A stretch of 40,089 bases of DNA from Coriobacteriia bacterium (GTDB taxonomy: Bacteria > Actinomycetota > Coriobacteriia > Coriobacteriales > JAEZZM01), in assembly GCA_030532415.1 (NCBI GenBank), contig JAUNLE010000003.1, positions 11,107 through 51,195 of the forward strand, read 5' to 3'. The notes beneath the pieces are model-generated. The model was not told the origin of the DNA. It made no database searches and worked only from the letters and a program-made list of their open reading frames with translations. Shown here one piece after another: positions 1 to 7,772 of the stretch (the stretch's first letter is position 1; each line of letters starts with the position of its first letter). The translations under genes and the position numbers were made by a program.

Positions 1-57
1 TTTTAACAATATCAAGCGTCAGATTGTTATCCATATATTTAAGCCTTTTATCCTTAA

Positions 58-1173
58 TTAATAGCGTGAAGACCTACCACCATTTCTTCGTCCTTCGTCA
101 AAAAATCCGAAGCATTCTAAGAAAATCGTTTTTGCCTTCACGTTAAATTGAGTGCAGGCTTCATCAAGTGCGTCTTCTATAATTTCTGCCATAGTGTCCG
201 ATTCACAGACAGCACGGGCGTTAATAATCAAAGCGAGTGAATAGTATTCTTGCTGTAAGACCTTATCGTGTTCGATATCATAATCAATTCCAATTAAGGA
301 AGACTTCAAATAGTCTTCTCCCTCACCTGCTGCAAATAATTTTAGGTGAGGAACATTTCTTTTTGCTTCGATAAGGCCATTTCTAATTTCTTCAATTAAG
401 AAATCAACAAACTCGTTAAAATCGATGTTTTTGCCGTCGCGCTCAGATAAGAAAACGCGGCGATTATACCAGCACATCAACTCTTCGGCAGAATCAAATT
501 CTTTAGAGCCATAACCAATTTCTTTATGTTCAGCTAAAGATTCATGCGTCATTAAATATTGGGCGAGCTCGTGAATTCCTTCACCTGTTTTCGCTGAAAT
601 TTCGAAAAGTTCTGCATCAGGATAGGCTTTTTTAATAAAGTCAACGAATTTTTTTCGCTCTTCATCAGAAAGTAAGTCAACCTTATTAAGTGCAATAACA
701 TCCGCTTCTGCCAACTGAGCATTAAGCAAAAAACGCATTTCTTCAGGAAGATGAATATCTTCACTTTCTGGTAGCACTAAGCGCATTCTCTCGGGATCAG
801 CTAAACATAAGAATGGAAGGAGGGTGTATTGATCAGGATATTCTTCTTTGAGCTTGATATACACATGGTCAAGCGCACCAATTCCGCTTCCCGGAATGTC
901 GCTCATAACTAATTGAGCTCCACCTTTTGCCAGGCGTTCTATATGATCAACAAGATCTTCGGTAACATAGCAAATGCAGTCACCGCGAATCTCAGCAATT
1001 TCAAGATCTTTTGTACGAGTATAGTCAGCATCGACTAAATTTTTTGCACCTAAGTCATTAGCAATAATGGCAGACTGCATTCCTAAAGCATTAAATTCGC
1101 GAGAAAGCGCTATCATCGAGGTAGTTTTTCCAGAACCTAAAAAACCACTAACAATCATATACTTTGTGCGCAC
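58..1173 (-). CDS. G3E-family P-loop GTPase (CobW/HypB/UreG-like metallochaperone)
   Basis: 371-aa ORF with N-terminal Walker A GFLGSGKTT and an NKVD guanine-specificity motif. GDCICY sits where COG0523 proteins carry CxCC. The GTG start at 1173 lies 7 nt after AGGAG and overlaps the TAA of the upstream gene, suggesting translational coupling. Confidence 0.75.
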   Translation of the reverse strand: MRTKYMIVSGFLGSGKTTSMIALSREFNALGMQSAIIANDLGAKNLVDADYTRTKDLEIAEIRGDCICYVTEDLVDHIERLAKGGAQLVMSDIPGSGIGALDHVYIKLKEEYPDQYTLLPFLCLADPERMRLVLPESEDIHLPEEMRFLLNAQLAEADVIALNKVDLLSDEERKKFVDFIKKAYPDAELFEISAKTGEGIHELAQYLMTHESLAEHKEIGYGSKEFDSAEELMCWYNRRVFLSERDGKNIDFNEFVDFLIEEIRNGLIEAKRNVPHLKLFAAGEGEDYLKSSLIGIDYDIEHDKVLQQEYYSLALIINARAVCESDTMAEIIEDALDEACTQFNVKAKTIFLECFGFFDEGRRNGGRSSRY

Positions 1174-1177
1174 AATA

Positions 1178-1909
1178 TTACTCCTTCATTGTTACTGGAT
1201 AATAAGGACATTGCTCCTTAATACATTCATTATTTCTCTTATAAAATGCGCAGCGTATTTGCTTTGGCATTTCAAAACTCACACCAAGTTCTTCTTCGAT
1301 ATATAAGCTTGCTTCCAGTAAGGCGGTGTATCCTGTTCTTTTGCAACAACGGCACCCACCAATATCAGCAATGGCTCCCAGTGCATTTGAAGTAAGTTTT
1401 AAAGGATGTTTCCACATCTTTTCATTCAGTGGAGTTGATCCGAAAATGATACTTGCCGCCTGTCCAACACTAGCAGCTGCCCCGCACACACCCCAATATC
1501 CGCAGGTTCCTCCAGGAACGAGAGCCGAACGATTTTTCAATTCTTCCAGTGCTTCTATCCTGTTAAATGTCTCATGCTTTTGCTCTTGTACATTATTTGC
1601 ATAAGCACTTATGAGTGCCGCACCAACCAAGGTATGATGTTCTGGACCATGAGGTGAAAAGCTTACGTCGCGCATCCCTTGATTGAGTATCGTAATTGGA
1701 TTTTTGCTATCGCTTTTCATCGTGAGTTCAAGTGCTTTTTCTACACCCTGTGCACGGTGACAATTGCTGCATATATAGTGCTCATCTTCACAACAACAAA
1801 GCGTCTTTTCGGATTTACCGCACACCATGCAAGTGAGCTCTTTTGCTTTTTGAAAATACATCAGAGGCTTTTCGCATATAAGACAATTTGCCTGCGCTTT
1901 TACTTCCAT
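1178..1909 (-). CDS. Cys-rich protein: N-terminal zinc-ribbon plus a CGAAxSxG-type motif (resembles C_GCAxxG_C_C / DUF5714-type proteins; family assignment tentative)
   Basis: 243-aa ORF. The N-terminus carries CLIC..CMVC..CCCEDEHYICSNCH, the middle GTCGYWGVCGAAASVG, and the C-terminus GGCRCCKR and CIKEQC. It is coupled to the downstream GTPase gene. Confidence 0.55.
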   Translation of the reverse strand: MEVKAQANCLICEKPLMYFQKAKELTCMVCGKSEKTLCCCEDEHYICSNCHRAQGVEKALELTMKSDSKNPITILNQGMRDVSFSPHGPEHHTLVGAALISAYANNVQEQKHETFNRIEALEELKNRSALVPGGTCGYWGVCGAAASVGQAASIIFGSTPLNEKMWKHPLKLTSNALGAIADIGGCRCCKRTGYTALLEASLYIEEELGVSFEMPKQIRCAFYKRNNECIKEQCPYYPVTMKE

Positions 1910-2141
1910 AGACCTACCGTTTCAATTATATTAAGAGCTCTTAGCGCGCTTATTTTTAGCAAGCACAAATAAGAACACTACTAGACAATATCTAATAATA
2001 GCTTCTCACGTTATTGTGTCAATCTTGTATAAGCGAGAAGCGCTAGACTGGTATCCACAGATAAAATAGATACGATGATTATTGTAACGTAAGCAAAAAC
2101 AAGCATAGTACTGATATAAATTCACCTCTAAAGGAGCTCAA

Positions 2142-2933
2142 ATGACATCCCACACATTTACCTTTATGGGAACGGGGGCAGGCTGTGGTGTTCCAGCCTT
2201 TTTCTGTGATTGCAAGGCCTGCGAAGAAGCACGGCACAATCCAAAAGCTCGCCGAGGCGATTGTTCGGTAATGATAACAGGCAGCAAAAAGGTACTCATC
2301 GATACCCCACCTGACCTTCGTCATTATCTTATCCGAGAAAATGTTCGCTCTATCGATAGGCTTTTGTATACTCATGCACACTATGATCACCTTGGTGGTC
2401 TTGGAGAGCTTGAATATATGTCTCGCTTATACACAAAAGAGCACATAAGTACCTACGCAAGCAATCGCGCTTTATCGACTATCAATCATGAGTTTCATTA
2501 TTTGAAAGATATTTTAGACGAGCATGAACTCGAGCCCTACGCTTCTTTTACCTATGATGACGTTAACTACACAGCACTGCCTGTACAACATGCTCCCGGA
2601 ACTTATGGATACCTTATTGAAACCCCAGCTACCAGGCTCTTTTATGCCTGTGATACCGGAAAGCTTCCCGATGAAACAGCAAAATTGGTAAAAGACTGCG
2701 ATATTTTAATTCTTGACGGAACATACTGGGAAAGAAGTTGGTCTCCTGAAACTCACAACAGCATTCAAGGTGCGATTGAACAGGCGTTTAAGCTGAATGC
2801 GAAGAAGTTCTACCCCACCCACCTCGCAATGCACTACGATACAGCTATAAGCTTGGCAGAACTTGAAGCCTATGTAGCGCAATACGAGGGGCGCGTTGAG
2901 ATTCCTTACGATGGTTTATCGATTGCTATTTAG
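2142..2933 (+). CDS. PhnP/PqqB-family MBL-fold metallo-hydrolase
   Basis: 263-aa ORF with RBS AAAGGAG 6 nt upstream. The N-terminal GTGAGCGVPAFFCDCKACEEAR resembles the PhnP structural-Zn motif (GTGGAQGVP..CxCxxC, from memory). It also has the HAHYDH (HxHxDH) MBL signature. Confidence 0.75.
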   Translation: MTSHTFTFMGTGAGCGVPAFFCDCKACEEARHNPKARRGDCSVMITGSKKVLIDTPPDLRHYLIRENVRSIDRLLYTHAHYDHLGGLGELEYMSRLYTKEHISTYASNRALSTINHEFHYLKDILDEHELEPYASFTYDDVNYTALPVQHAPGTYGYLIETPATRLFYACDTGKLPDETAKLVKDCDILILDGTYWERSWSPETHNSIQGAIEQAFKLNAKKFYPTHLAMHYDTAISLAELEAYVAQYEGRVEIPYDGLSIAI

Positions 2934-2954
2934 TTTATAAACCCGCTCAGTCGC

Positions 2955-3905
2955 CTAGGAACAGGAGCAAGAAGATGCTGCTGATGATTCATCTTCTTCA
3001 TCGGCAGCATAGGGAATGTTTCCACATCCAGGGAAAGGTCCATAGTGTACATGGCGATTTCCGGTAATCTTAAAATACTTGCCTACACGAGTATCTTGTA
3101 CCATAGCGCAAGAATTTCCACAGACATCCAGAGGAACATCTTTCTCAAAACGGTGATGGTCATCTAGGTCGTAAAATGCTCCAGCACCTTCTATACCACC
3201 TAAATAGGTAGCAGTTTGATTATATTGTTCGCAGAGGTCTTCAAGCTTATCTGGAAGTTTATAGGTTCTAAAGGTGCGTTTGAAGTAGGCAATATCGGCA
3301 AAGCGTTCATCTTGTATACGAAGAGGCCTTGTGCTCACGTGTCGTGTGGTCAACCAGCCTGCCTGGGTCATTAAGCGTCTAAAATCCTCTATATAAAGAG
3401 CATTTGACAAGCCATTGGGCTCTTCACCTTTTTTCTGGAGCAAATTAAGGGGAATGCGGCGGTCTGCAAAAATATCGCAGCCATAAAACTCGCCACCATA
3501 ATTAAGAACCCTGAACACTTCCGCTAAGGTTTTTTGCACATTGTTACAGCGTGACAAACTTCCATTACTTAAAACAACATCAATGCTTCCTGATTGAATT
3601 TTATTGAGCTCATCGAGCGGGAATGCAAAAAACTGGCAGTTTTCAGGGGCGTTTTTAAGAGCAATGTCGATTAAAGCTTCGTTTTCATCAACACCAATAA
3701 CAAGCCCATTTTCCCCTACCAACTTTGAGGCAATGTATGCATCACGACCTGCACCACAGCCCAAAACGAGAACTTTTGCACCTTCGAGCGCAAGCGGAAA
3801 AGGATAGCCAACACCCCTTGTGTGTTCTAGGACATCACTTGGAATGTCTTTTACAACTTCCTTCAGGTACTCTGGTACTGCTCCTGGTGAATATAAGTCT
3901 GCCAT
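2955..3905 (-). CDS. Class I SAM-dependent methyltransferase, ArsM (arsenite methyltransferase) fold
   Basis: 316-aa ORF. The SAM motif VLVLGCGAGRDAYIASKLVGENGLVIGVD and the downstream DIFADRR...NALYIEDFRRLMTQAGW are collinear with my recollection of ArsM. The positions of the three As(III)-binding cysteines appear substituted (see findings). RBS AAGGGG. Confidence 0.8.
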   Translation of the reverse strand: MADLYSPGAVPEYLKEVVKDIPSDVLEHTRGVGYPFPLALEGAKVLVLGCGAGRDAYIASKLVGENGLVIGVDENEALIDIALKNAPENCQFFAFPLDELNKIQSGSIDVVLSNGSLSRCNNVQKTLAEVFRVLNYGGEFYGCDIFADRRIPLNLLQKKGEEPNGLSNALYIEDFRRLMTQAGWLTTRHVSTRPLRIQDERFADIAYFKRTFRTYKLPDKLEDLCEQYNQTATYLGGIEGAGAFYDLDDHHRFEKDVPLDVCGNSCAMVQDTRVGKYFKITGNRHVHYGPFPGCGNIPYAADEEDESSAASSCSCS

Positions 3906-3937
3906 TAAGCCAACCCCTTCTTAATATTGGTGCTTCT

Positions 3938-3973
3938 AAAAAAATCGACCTCCGCAAATATTCACGAAGGTCG
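3938..3973 (-). terminator. Rho-independent terminator (minus strand)
   Basis: On the minus strand, stem CGACCTTCG / CGGAGGTCG (9 bp, 1 mismatch) with a 10-nt loop, followed by T7. The T-run ends only about 33 nt upstream of the methyltransferase ATG. Confidence 0.6.
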
Positions 3974-4005
3974 AAAAGAAATAACTATAGTAGTCAGAAT
4001 GTAAA

Positions 4006-4104
4006 CTAGTTGCGTGCAAATTTCCTTAGTGCCACAAGAGCTAAGCCCATGCCTGATAACGCAAGCGTTGGGATTACTGCACTAAGTCCTTTTCTAGATT
4101 TCAT
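4006..4104 (-). CDS. Possible uncalled 32-aa hydrophobic small ORF (signal-peptide-like)
   Basis: My manual translation gives MKSRKGLSAVIPTLALSGMGLALVALRKFARN. AAAGGAA lies about 10 nt upstream of the ATG. The N-terminus resembles the signal peptide of the LRR protein at 35966. It is below the ORF-track cutoff and may be a remnant. Confidence 0.25.
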   Translation of the reverse strand: MKSRKGLSAVIPTLALSGMGLALVALRKFARN

Positions 4105-4216
4105 TCCAACTTATTCCTTTCTATTGTTAGACCACTACATTCTACTTCATCTTTTATAAATATTCTCATCAATATCTTAGAAAGGATCAGCCTAAACTAT
4201 GAACGGAAGCAATACT

Positions 4217-5977
4217 TTAGTCTTCTAGTTGATCAGCCAAAATTTCTCTAAGTTTTTGAGGAAGTATCTGAGGATTAAAAACAAGTTGCGTATGTTTGGT
4301 AATAGGGTTTCCCGCAAATTTACCTATATTAATATGTCCTACATATACTTGCGGTGGCATATTCAAAACTGCTTTTCTCGCCTTAAAAGCATCAGCAAAC
4401 ATACCATCGCCAACAATCAGGCATAAAATTTTTCGTTTAGGATCAACATTAGCAGTAGCTTGAATGTACTTTAGCGCACCTGCAACAATCGTCTGCTCAC
4501 CTGTTGGATGCAAGAGACATTCATAGGCCGTTTGCACTTTTTCTTTTGGATGATAGGTAGCAAGTTCGGTTAAAGGTGCCCACCCTGCAGCAAAGGCAAT
4601 AAGCTGGGTGCGAACATCAATACCAGCTCCGTGATGAAGTGTCTGGGCTTTTTCGAATGCTCTCTCTAAACCTCGAATTAGGCAATATGCCATGTCAGTA
4701 GCCGAACGAGCCTTTTCTCCTCTCATAGAACTCGAAATATCTAGCAGCAAGAATACGTCCATTCCTTCGAATAGCCTGTCTTGCATACGGATATCTTTTT
4801 TTATCTTTTGCCAAATGGGCTGAGGTGTATCAGACTCAAGTGCTCTCATAAGTGCAATTTGAGCATTGGGGTGGATACGAGATCCACTGTATGACATGCG
4901 AGATGCATAACGTGGAACCATCAGCGTCTCCTGGGGATGCGCGATTTGTAAAAGCAAATCAGAAATTTGCTCAATCTCCATCTCCCAGTCGCCCATCTTA
5001 ATCTCTTGTGATTGTTCAGATTCACGAATTTCCATTGAACCGATTTGCGTTTGATCTTTTCGATTAATGGTATTCATGGTGGGAGACTGCGAGTCATCTG
5101 GTTCACTGCGACTTTGAATCAAAAGGTCAATATTACCTTTTTCCATAGCCTCAAGAGCACCATCAATACGATTTTTGTAATCGTGTTCATCTCTCATATG
5201 TGATTCATCAGAAAATGACTGCATTGAAGCAGAATAATCATCTTCTAACTCATAGAGGTTGAGGAAATTCCACGCATCTTGCGTATCTAGGTCAATACGC
5301 AAAAGAGTTTCGTATGGTTTCCACAAAAGGCGTTTTGCCATTTCATGGCGGTCAGTATAACTCAACGACAAGTCTTTAATGTAGCTCTCAAATTCGTTGG
5401 TTAAATCCGTATGCTCAGGTATGGTTCCTATATAGCGTAAAATTAATGGATGAATAACGGCCTGCAGATTCGATTCGAACACATAAAATTTCAGTGCCGA
5501 TAAAAACTGCATATGAAGCGGGTTATTGCGCATAACATGAGGAGCTTGACGCGATAAATATTGATCCATACGCTTTTTAGCGTAAGGTATATGCTCCATA
5601 CGAGCTAATGCAGCCATTTTATCGATTTTCGAATGAAAGTAACGCTCATACTGATCGTTGCGGCATAGCCTTACAGGCTCATGTTTCACGAAAGTCTCGT
5701 CGGTATAATCATACAGCTGCTCAAGATGCTCAAGAATAAACATCGTGTCTATTTCTTCGAGCGTTAAATGACCCTGCACACCATATCGATCCAAGGCAAC
5801 GTTTGCTAATTTTTCGGACTCGTTAGGATTAAACTGGCATACGATACCTTCGCTCGTGACCATAGCTGCAGACTTCACGTCTTCGCTTATTCGAATTGAA
5901 ATCCTCTTAAAACCTAAGACATTGGCAATCGTTTCAATTTTTTTATTTAATGAGGCAGCGCGTTGAATGGCAGACAT
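4217..5977 (-). CDS. von Willebrand factor A (VWA) domain protein, NorD/CbbO/CoxE-like architecture (long N-terminal region plus C-terminal VWA)
   Basis: 586-aa ORF. The C-terminal VWA has MIDAS DxSxS (VFLLLDISSSMRG) and a later VGDG segment. Its ATG is 2 nt after the TAA of the upstream AAA+ gene. Confidence 0.8.
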   Translation of the reverse strand: MSAIQRAASLNKKIETIANVLGFKRISIRISEDVKSAAMVTSEGIVCQFNPNESEKLANVALDRYGVQGHLTLEEIDTMFILEHLEQLYDYTDETFVKHEPVRLCRNDQYERYFHSKIDKMAALARMEHIPYAKKRMDQYLSRQAPHVMRNNPLHMQFLSALKFYVFESNLQAVIHPLILRYIGTIPEHTDLTNEFESYIKDLSLSYTDRHEMAKRLLWKPYETLLRIDLDTQDAWNFLNLYELEDDYSASMQSFSDESHMRDEHDYKNRIDGALEAMEKGNIDLLIQSRSEPDDSQSPTMNTINRKDQTQIGSMEIRESEQSQEIKMGDWEMEIEQISDLLLQIAHPQETLMVPRYASRMSYSGSRIHPNAQIALMRALESDTPQPIWQKIKKDIRMQDRLFEGMDVFLLLDISSSMRGEKARSATDMAYCLIRGLERAFEKAQTLHHGAGIDVRTQLIAFAAGWAPLTELATYHPKEKVQTAYECLLHPTGEQTIVAGALKYIQATANVDPKRKILCLIVGDGMFADAFKARKAVLNMPPQVYVGHINIGKFAGNPITKHTQLVFNPQILPQKLREILADQLED

Positions 5978-5979
5978 TA

Positions 5980-7419
5980 TTACCCCAAGAGTACCTGTAT
6001 TTGCTGCGCAATCTCGAAGTTCTTATGAGAACCTGCTTGATCTAGGTTGTGCAAAATCTTTGTTATAAGGTTGTCATCCAAGCGTTTACCTGGTAAGTTT
6101 CCTTCACTTGCATCACTTACAACGCGATACAATGCACGAGGAGTAATACAGTCGCTCATCAATGATTCTGCATCATTTTGAGTTTGTGTCTTCATATCGT
6201 TTTCTTCAAAAACTGCAATAACGTCTTTTGCAGGATTTGAATAGAGATATTGGGTTGCAAATGCTAAACGAGTGAATTTTTCGAGCTGATCGAGGTCTAT
6301 ATATTCACTAGGTAAGCCATCATAGTCACATGCAGCAGCATAAGCCATGCGCATAAGAGTGTCGGAAGTCTCTAAGAAACTTGTATTGTGAGCATCTGGA
6401 TAGTGTCTAAAAACAATATCAAAACGGTCACGCAAAGCAGGATCTAAAATCTCACGGTGCTTATAGCGAACTGAAGCCTCATTTGCAGTTGCAAACACAG
6501 CAAATCCGTGAGCAATGGTTACGAACTCACCTTTTTCTTGAATGAATACTTTTTCGCCTGGCTCTCTTAAGAGTAGGTCTTGCAAACGAGCGATAATAGC
6601 TTGATCACCGAAGTTAATTTCATCAAGTAAGAGCGGCTTACCCTCTCTCATAGCCTTGAGTAAAACACCATCGACAAACACAAAGGTTTTATTCTTTGCA
6701 TCATGCTCAATTTTTCCGATAAACTCATCACTCATCATATCGCCTTTGATTGACAAGATTAAAGGCTCATCGGTATAAAGACTCATAACAAACTTGACTA
6801 TTTGGGTCTTTGCAATACCCTTATCGCCAACGACTAGTGTTGGATGAGAGTTTAAGATATTACTTATGATTTGGTTTATATCGGCAAGCGTATCTTCATC
6901 GAATAGCAAACCATAGGTCTCAAGGGTGTATTTATCCCAAATAGCTTGAGCTTGTCGTACTGAATCCTCATCGCTTTTCTTTATAAGTTCATCTAAAAGC
7001 TCTTTTTGTTGAGAAATACTTTTGACATAAAATTCAAGTTCATCGGCCGTAAATTCCCTGCCAACAATATTTGCCACAAGCATAGATTTCCATAACAATA
7101 AGTATGAATTAAAGAATGCAATATGTTGCTTATATAGCTCAGTTGCGACTTGGTTTTTCTGTTTAATGACAGATAGCTGTTTAGCAAGACTCTCAAAAAG
7201 ATTGCGAATAAGTTCAGCCTTATCCGAATCATGTTCTTGTGTCTTAAGGGCAAGATCTTTAACTTGTCCATCAGAGGAAACGAACTCTTCTAAATTGTCT
7301 AGCGTGATATCTACATCATAGCTTTGAAGTGCAGATACAAATTTTACTAGCTTTTGTTTTTGCAATTCTGAAATAGCAGTATCGTTGAGCTCTTGAGATT
7401 GAATAGTAATGTTGGACAT
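5980..7419 (-). CDS. AAA+ ATPase of the MoxR/AAA_5 (NorQ/CbbQ/CoxD-like) type with an N-terminal helical extension of about 190 aa
   Basis: 479-aa ORF with Walker A VVGDKGIAKT, Walker B PLLLDEINF, sensor-1 FATANE and an ALRDRF arginine motif typical of AAA_5. Confidence 0.8.
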   Translation of the reverse strand: MSNITIQSQELNDTAISELQKQKLVKFVSALQSYDVDITLDNLEEFVSSDGQVKDLALKTQEHDSDKAELIRNLFESLAKQLSVIKQKNQVATELYKQHIAFFNSYLLLWKSMLVANIVGREFTADELEFYVKSISQQKELLDELIKKSDEDSVRQAQAIWDKYTLETYGLLFDEDTLADINQIISNILNSHPTLVVGDKGIAKTQIVKFVMSLYTDEPLILSIKGDMMSDEFIGKIEHDAKNKTFVFVDGVLLKAMREGKPLLLDEINFGDQAIIARLQDLLLREPGEKVFIQEKGEFVTIAHGFAVFATANEASVRYKHREILDPALRDRFDIVFRHYPDAHNTSFLETSDTLMRMAYAAACDYDGLPSEYIDLDQLEKFTRLAFATQYLYSNPAKDVIAVFEENDMKTQTQNDAESLMSDCITPRALYRVVSDASEGNLPGKRLDDNLITKILHNLDQAGSHKNFEIAQQIQVLLG

Positions 7420-7458
7420 ATTTATTCTTTCTTTAGAAATGGATAGTGTTACCTAATA

Positions 7459-7659
7459 TTATGTACCAAATTTTGTTTTATTTTGATACGTAATAGCGCA
7501 ACTCATTGGTGACTTGACGATAGCCTTTCGCTTATTCGGATTCTTTGCGATTGCGCCAACAGGACAAACCTTAGAACACAACATACATCCAACGCAAGCT
7601 TCTTCATCAATTTCAATAAACCTGCGAACCATGAACATTGAACGTTGTGGACCGTGCAT
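7459..7659 (-). CDS. Small single-cluster ferredoxin-like protein
   Basis: Contains IDEEACVGCMLCSKVCPVGAI (CxxCxxCxxxCP) plus one distal Cys. I prefer the ATG at 7659, preceded by AAGGAGG, over the ORF-track start at 7674, which lies inside that RBS. Confidence 0.65.
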   Translation of the reverse strand: MHGPQRSMFMVRRFIEIDEEACVGCMLCSKVCPVGAIAKNPNKRKAIVKSPMSCAITYQNKTKFGT

Positions 7660-7680
7660 GAAACCTCCTTTCAATAAAGA

Positions 7681-7716
7681 AAACCGGTAGCTTTATAATA
7701 TCAACAAGCTACCGGT
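7681..7716 (-). terminator. Intercistronic hairpin / possible partial terminator between the Mo enzyme and ferredoxin genes
   Basis: Perfect 10-bp stem AACCGGTAGC / GCTACCGGTT with a 16-nt loop. On the minus strand it is followed by TCTTTATT and then the ferredoxin RBS. Confidence 0.4.
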
Positions 7717-7772
7717 TTTCAATTAAATTAAGGTCTTACTGTTTTAAACTTCGTCTTAATCCTCTATCGGAC

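Noticed and set aside
2079-2390. 103-aa minus-strand ORF overlapping the start of the MBL hydrolase gene
   Set aside because: It overlaps the well-supported plus-strand PhnP-like CDS, which has an RBS and HxHxDH. It shows no signature and is most likely spurious.
7660-7674. ORF-track start (MKGGF...) for the small ferredoxin at 7674
   Set aside because: Those codons are themselves the AAGGAGG Shine-Dalgarno sequence. The ATG at 7659 is the more plausible initiation codon, although the spacing is short (4 nt).
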